Positions 59,734 to 64,000 of a DNA stretch of 64,000 nucleotides are shown here, piece by piece (the stretch's first letter is position 1; every line of letters begins with the position of its first letter). The notes under the pieces were generated by a model, which made no database searches, was not told the DNA's origin, and worked only from the letters and a program-made list of their open reading frames with translations. This DNA is from Sminthopsis crassicaudata (Eukaryota): assembly GCF_048593235.1 (NCBI RefSeq), contig NC_133620.1, positions 276,349,765 through 276,413,764 of the forward strand. Direction: 5' to 3'. A program made the position numbers and the translations under genes.

Positions 59734-60237
59734 TTTATTTTTATTTTTATTTTATTTTAATTTTTTTTATTCATTTTTCCAAATTATCCCCTCCCTCCCT
59801 CCCTCCACTCCCTCCCCCCATGACAGGTAATCCCATACATTTTACATGTGTTACAATATAACCTAGATACAATATATGTGTGTAAATACCATTTTCTTAT
59901 TGCACATTAATTATTAGCTTCTGAAGGTATAAGTAACCTGGGTAGATAGACAGTAGTGCTAACAATTTACATTCACTTCCCAGTGTTCCTTCTCTGGGTG
60001 CAGTTATTTCTGTCCATCATTGATCAACTGGAAGTGAGTTGGATCTTCTTTATGTTGAAGATATCCACTTCCATCAGAATACATCCTCATACAGTATTGT
60101 TGTTGTGTATAGTGATCTTCTGGTTCTGCTCATTTCACTCAGCAACAGTTGATTTAAGTCTCTCCAAGCCTCTCTGTATTCCTCCTGCTGGTCATTTCTT
60201 ACAGAGCAATAATATTCCATAACCTTCATATACCACA
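59734..60237 (-). mobile_element. Young 5'-truncated LINE-1 nested in an older L1 (~59090-60380), 16-bp TSD
   Basis: TCAATTTCTAATTCTT at 59718-59733 and 60238-60253; (TTTTTA)n tail. Confidence 0.88.
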
Positions 60238-60399
60238 TCAATTTCTAATTCTTAACTACTACAAAAAAAGAGCTGCTATAAAATTTTTTATGCAAATAGT
60301 TTTTTTCTTTAAAAAAAATCTCTTTGTAATACAGATCTAACAGTGGCATTGCTGGACAAAGGATCTGCACATCTTTTGGGTATAAGAACTTAAAAATTT

Positions 60400-60790
60400 T
60401 TTTTAAATGTTAAAAATTGTCTTTACAACAATTCCAATAGACTTGTGAGGGAAAGAATTATCTATCTCCATAGAGAGGACTTTGGAGACTGAATGTGGAT
60501 CACAAACGTAATATTTTGTTTTTTCTTTCTCATTTTTTTTTGCCCTTTTGATCTGATTTTTCTTGCACAGCATGATATATGTGGAAATATGTTTAGAATA
60601 ATTGCACATGTATAACTTGTTTTGGATTACTTGCTGCCTAGGGAGGTAGAGTGGAAGGGAGAAAAAATTGGAATACTAGATTTTGCAAGGGTGGATTTTG
60701 AAAACTATCTTTGCTTTTCGAAAAAATAGAAAGCTCTTATTTTTAAAATTGCTTTTACATGTAATTGAGAAAAAATTAATTAAAAGAAAA
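60400..60790 (+). mobile_element. LINE-1 3' fragment
   Basis: CAATTCCAATAGACTTGTG...GACTGAATGTGGATCACAA 3'-UTR motifs. Confidence 0.75.
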
Positions 60791-61317
60791 AATTATCCTT
60801 TTTGTCTTGAAGGCAGCTATTAACCTCTTTTCTGCTGATGAACCTTTACAAGGAGAATAGAGACTCCTCCAAATTTTTTCTATTATTCTTGTTACTAAGG
60901 GAACTCAATGATTCAAGCTTAGTCTCCATCTCTTTCCAGTTTTCCCTCCTACTCTCTGATGTGAAACTGAACACCCAGAATTCCCACAAGCACCTTCCTC
61001 TCAGGATCTTGGGCCATCTGGTCTTCCTGTAACAATAGGAATGAGGAGAGGTTGTCTTGTATGGTAAGAATATTGGAGCAGGAGTTTACAGAGTCAGGTC
61101 CAAATCCTGCCTCTTCCTTCCATTTACTATCTGTGGGATTTGGGAGCAATTCACTTCACCTCTCTTTGCTTCAGTTTCCCCATTTGTAAAATGACTCATG
61201 TATTCTCTATTCTCAGAGTGGTTATAAATCCTACAATTCCACCAGAATGTTAGCTGTGATTATTATTATCATTATTATTGTCAGGATAGGGAGAACTGAG
61301 AACTGCTTTTGCTTTTT

Positions 61318-61799
61318 TTTTTTTTTTTTTTTCATATCTAATAGTTTTTATTTACCAGATATTTGCATGCATAATTTTACAACATTGACAATTGCCAAAT
61401 CATTTGTTCCAATTTTTCCCCTCCCCCCCAGATGGCAGGTTGACCAATACATGTTAAATATGTTAGAGTATAAATTAAATACAATATATGTATCTATGAC
61501 CAAACAGTTGTTTTGCTGAACAAAAAGAATCGGACTTTGAAATAGTGTATATTTAGCCTGTGAAGGAAATCAGAAATGCAGGCGGACAAAATTAGAGGGA
61601 CTGGGAATTCTATGTAGTGGTTCATAGTCATCTCCCAGAGTTCTTTCACTGGGTGTAGCTGGTTCAGTTCATTACTGCTCTATTGGAACTGATTTGGTTC
61701 ACCTCATTGTTGAAGAGGGCCACATCCATCAGAATTGATCATCATACAGTATTGCTGTTGAAGTATATAATGATCTCCTAGGTCCTGCTCATTTCACTC
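61318..61799 (-). mobile_element. Young 5'-truncated LINE-1 with poly(A) tail and 15-bp TSD
   Basis: CTGCTTTTGCTTTTT at 61303-61317 and 61800-61814; same 3'-UTR type as the 20931-21213 insertion. Confidence 0.9.
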
Positions 61800-64000
61800 C
61801 TGCTTTTGCTTTTTAACCATGCCTCACATGAGGAAGGAAGTGAGTTCCCAAGGTTATGAGAATTTCCCTCTTTTTTAATTAAAAAATTATTTTCAGTTCT
61901 TAATTCTTACCTTCCCACTAGCCCCTTTCCAGGAGAAAAGATATGATACTCATCATACATATAAAATCATGCAAAACATATTTCCATATTAGCCATGATG
62001 TGAAAAAAAAAACAAGAAAAAATAAAGTAAAAGAAAATATGCTTCATCCTGCACCTAGATTTCCAGTTCTGTCTCTGGAAGTAGACAGCGTCATGAGTCC
62101 TTTGGAATTGTGGATCATTATGTTGATTCAGAATAGCTAAGTCTTTCCCAGTTGATCATTGTTAGAATATTTCTGTTACAATGTTGTCCTGATGCTTCTT
62201 AGAGGAATTTTTTTGAAGTCAAGTTATATTCCTCTTTACTTCTTTCCCTTTGTATACATTCCCCAACCACTAATCTTATATCTGGCCTTAGAGAATAGCT
62301 TCATTCATCCTGAGATCATAATGGCACAGCAGAAAGAGGGTTGTATTTGTAATCAAAAGGGCCTGAATAAAATCATAGTTCAGTTATATCTGTGTTATTC
62401 TGGACAAGCCACTTCAATCCTCTCTGGGCCTCTGCTTTCTCAGCTGTAAAAAGAAGCAGTTGGACTATTTGACCTCTCAAGGTTTTCAGCAGTAAGTCAT
62501 ATTCTTTAGTGAAGAGTAGTTTTCAGCTTTGTGGCTTTAAGATTTCCTTTCCCTTCCTAACTGCTCAGTTGTTAACTTAGAGGTACTAGAACACTCTGGA
62601 CCATTGTAAATTAAATAATTCTTTTTGGTAATGTGAATAACCTTTGTAGAGTGGATAGTTAACTTAATTTGGCATTTCAATATTGAGACATCCTAAAGGG
62701 AAGCACAGCTGAATATGGGATGACCTCATTGCCCAATCAGCTTTTTTTGAAAACTTCCCATCAAGTCTACACAAGGCTTTGGCTCAGTACCATGCTCATT
62801 TAAAATATCCAGGGGGATCGATTCTCTGTTCCTCTGTTCCAACATTCCTTCTTGCCATCTTTTCCCCTTTCTCTGCACAGTGCCAGAGCTAGCAGACCAT
62901 CATCATTTTACAAAGGAGGAAACTGAGCTCTCAAGGATTCCTTACTCCCCTCTCTCTGACTTCCCAAAAGCCCTTCTCTAGGCTCTATTCTTCATCTGGA
63001 ACTTTCCACCTCTGCCTAATACAAGCTAAGCCATAGAACGGAATTCCAGACCCTGATGGGGCTTTTAGAGATCAAATCTGCTAGTCAAAGACCAGCTTTT
63101 AAAAATATCTCCTTTATCTGACTCTCATTCATATTTTACCTTTTATTCCAGCAGCTCAGGAAATCTCTCTTCTAAGAGGTCTTTGTAGAAAACATCTGCT
63201 GACAGATTTAGAACTGGAAGGGACCTTGGAGGTCATCTAACCCACTCCCCTCCTCCCTTTTAAAAATACAGATGAAGGATTCAAGGCTCAAAGGTTAAGA
63301 GGCTAGACCAAGATCAGACAGGATGTAAATAATAGTATAAGGGTTTGAACCAAGGTCCTCTGGCTCCAAATTTAACGTTCTTTTCATTATTGAGAAGAGA
63401 GGTACAATATATGCTTTCCTTATGTAATTTAGCAAAAATCTGATATGAAATGATCAAGTCTCTGTTAATAAAGAAGCATAATATCAGTTTTTCTTTGTTT
63501 CTTTGTTTTTCCCTTTGGACTGCCCCCTCCCCACCATTATTTGGTGTTGCCATTCTTTCCCAGGACTTTCTTTCTAGGGTAAATTTCTCTCTAGTTAAGA
63601 CTTTCAATTCTGCTCCTGGGGGAATGATTTTGCTTTCAAATTTGTAAAAAATAAAATTTTAAAAAGCCCAAACAGAAATGAGGTGTTTGAGGTTATAGCC
63701 TCTAAAAGGGTTAGTTCAGCTCAATTATATAACTCCCTTCACTAGGACTGCTGACTCATATGTGTCAAAGTATTGGTCTAGATCCTCTGTTTGGGGGAAA
63801 CTATAAAAATATAAATCAATAAAACCTCTTTCATTCATTCTGTCTCCAGTTTTGCCAGAAATTTTCTAGTCATAATAAGATCTATCCCTTTCCCTGTGTA
63901 TCTCATCATCCAATGCCACTTCTGGATTTCATTTACCCCAAGGACACAGACATATAAACCAATAATTCAGTGAATTTATTATCTTAGAGAAATGCTTTTC

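Noticed and set aside
60940-61063. Exon-like segment (pyrimidine tract + AG ... GTAAGA) on the + strand
   Set aside because: Stops in all three frames and no neighbouring exons; could be non-coding but unsupported without RNA data.

Overview
Vertebrate genomic DNA, almost certainly marsupial and probably an Australian dasyurid, inferred from WSINE1/MAR1-like CORE-SINEs and marsupial-type L1 3' UTRs. The gene order matches human 6p21.1. The window holds the first two coding exons of PPP2R5D (- strand; exon 3 lies left of the window), complete PEX6 (+, 17 coding exons, 987 aa), complete GNMT (-, 6 exons, 295 aa) and complete CNPY3 (-, 6 exons, 281 aa). All exons were resolved by hand, have GT-AG boundaries and stay in frame. 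The rest is mostly L2, L1, SINE and microsatellite sequence, with two N gaps. No prokaryote-type system (CRISPR, operon) is present. The most notable unexplained structure is a diverged copy of the CNPY3 terminal 3'-UTR/poly(A) region inside CNPY3 intron 5. It lies downstream of an 80-codon in-frame read-through of exon 5, which suggests an alternative C-terminus lacking the TDEL ER-retrieval motif. Other points of interest: a near-perfect 38-bp inverted repeat between PPP2R5D and PEX6, no canonical poly(A) signal after PEX6, an upstream in-frame ATG for PEX6 inside an RFX X-box, and several young TSD-flanked retroposon insertions. Comparisons to human sequences are from memory and were not computed.
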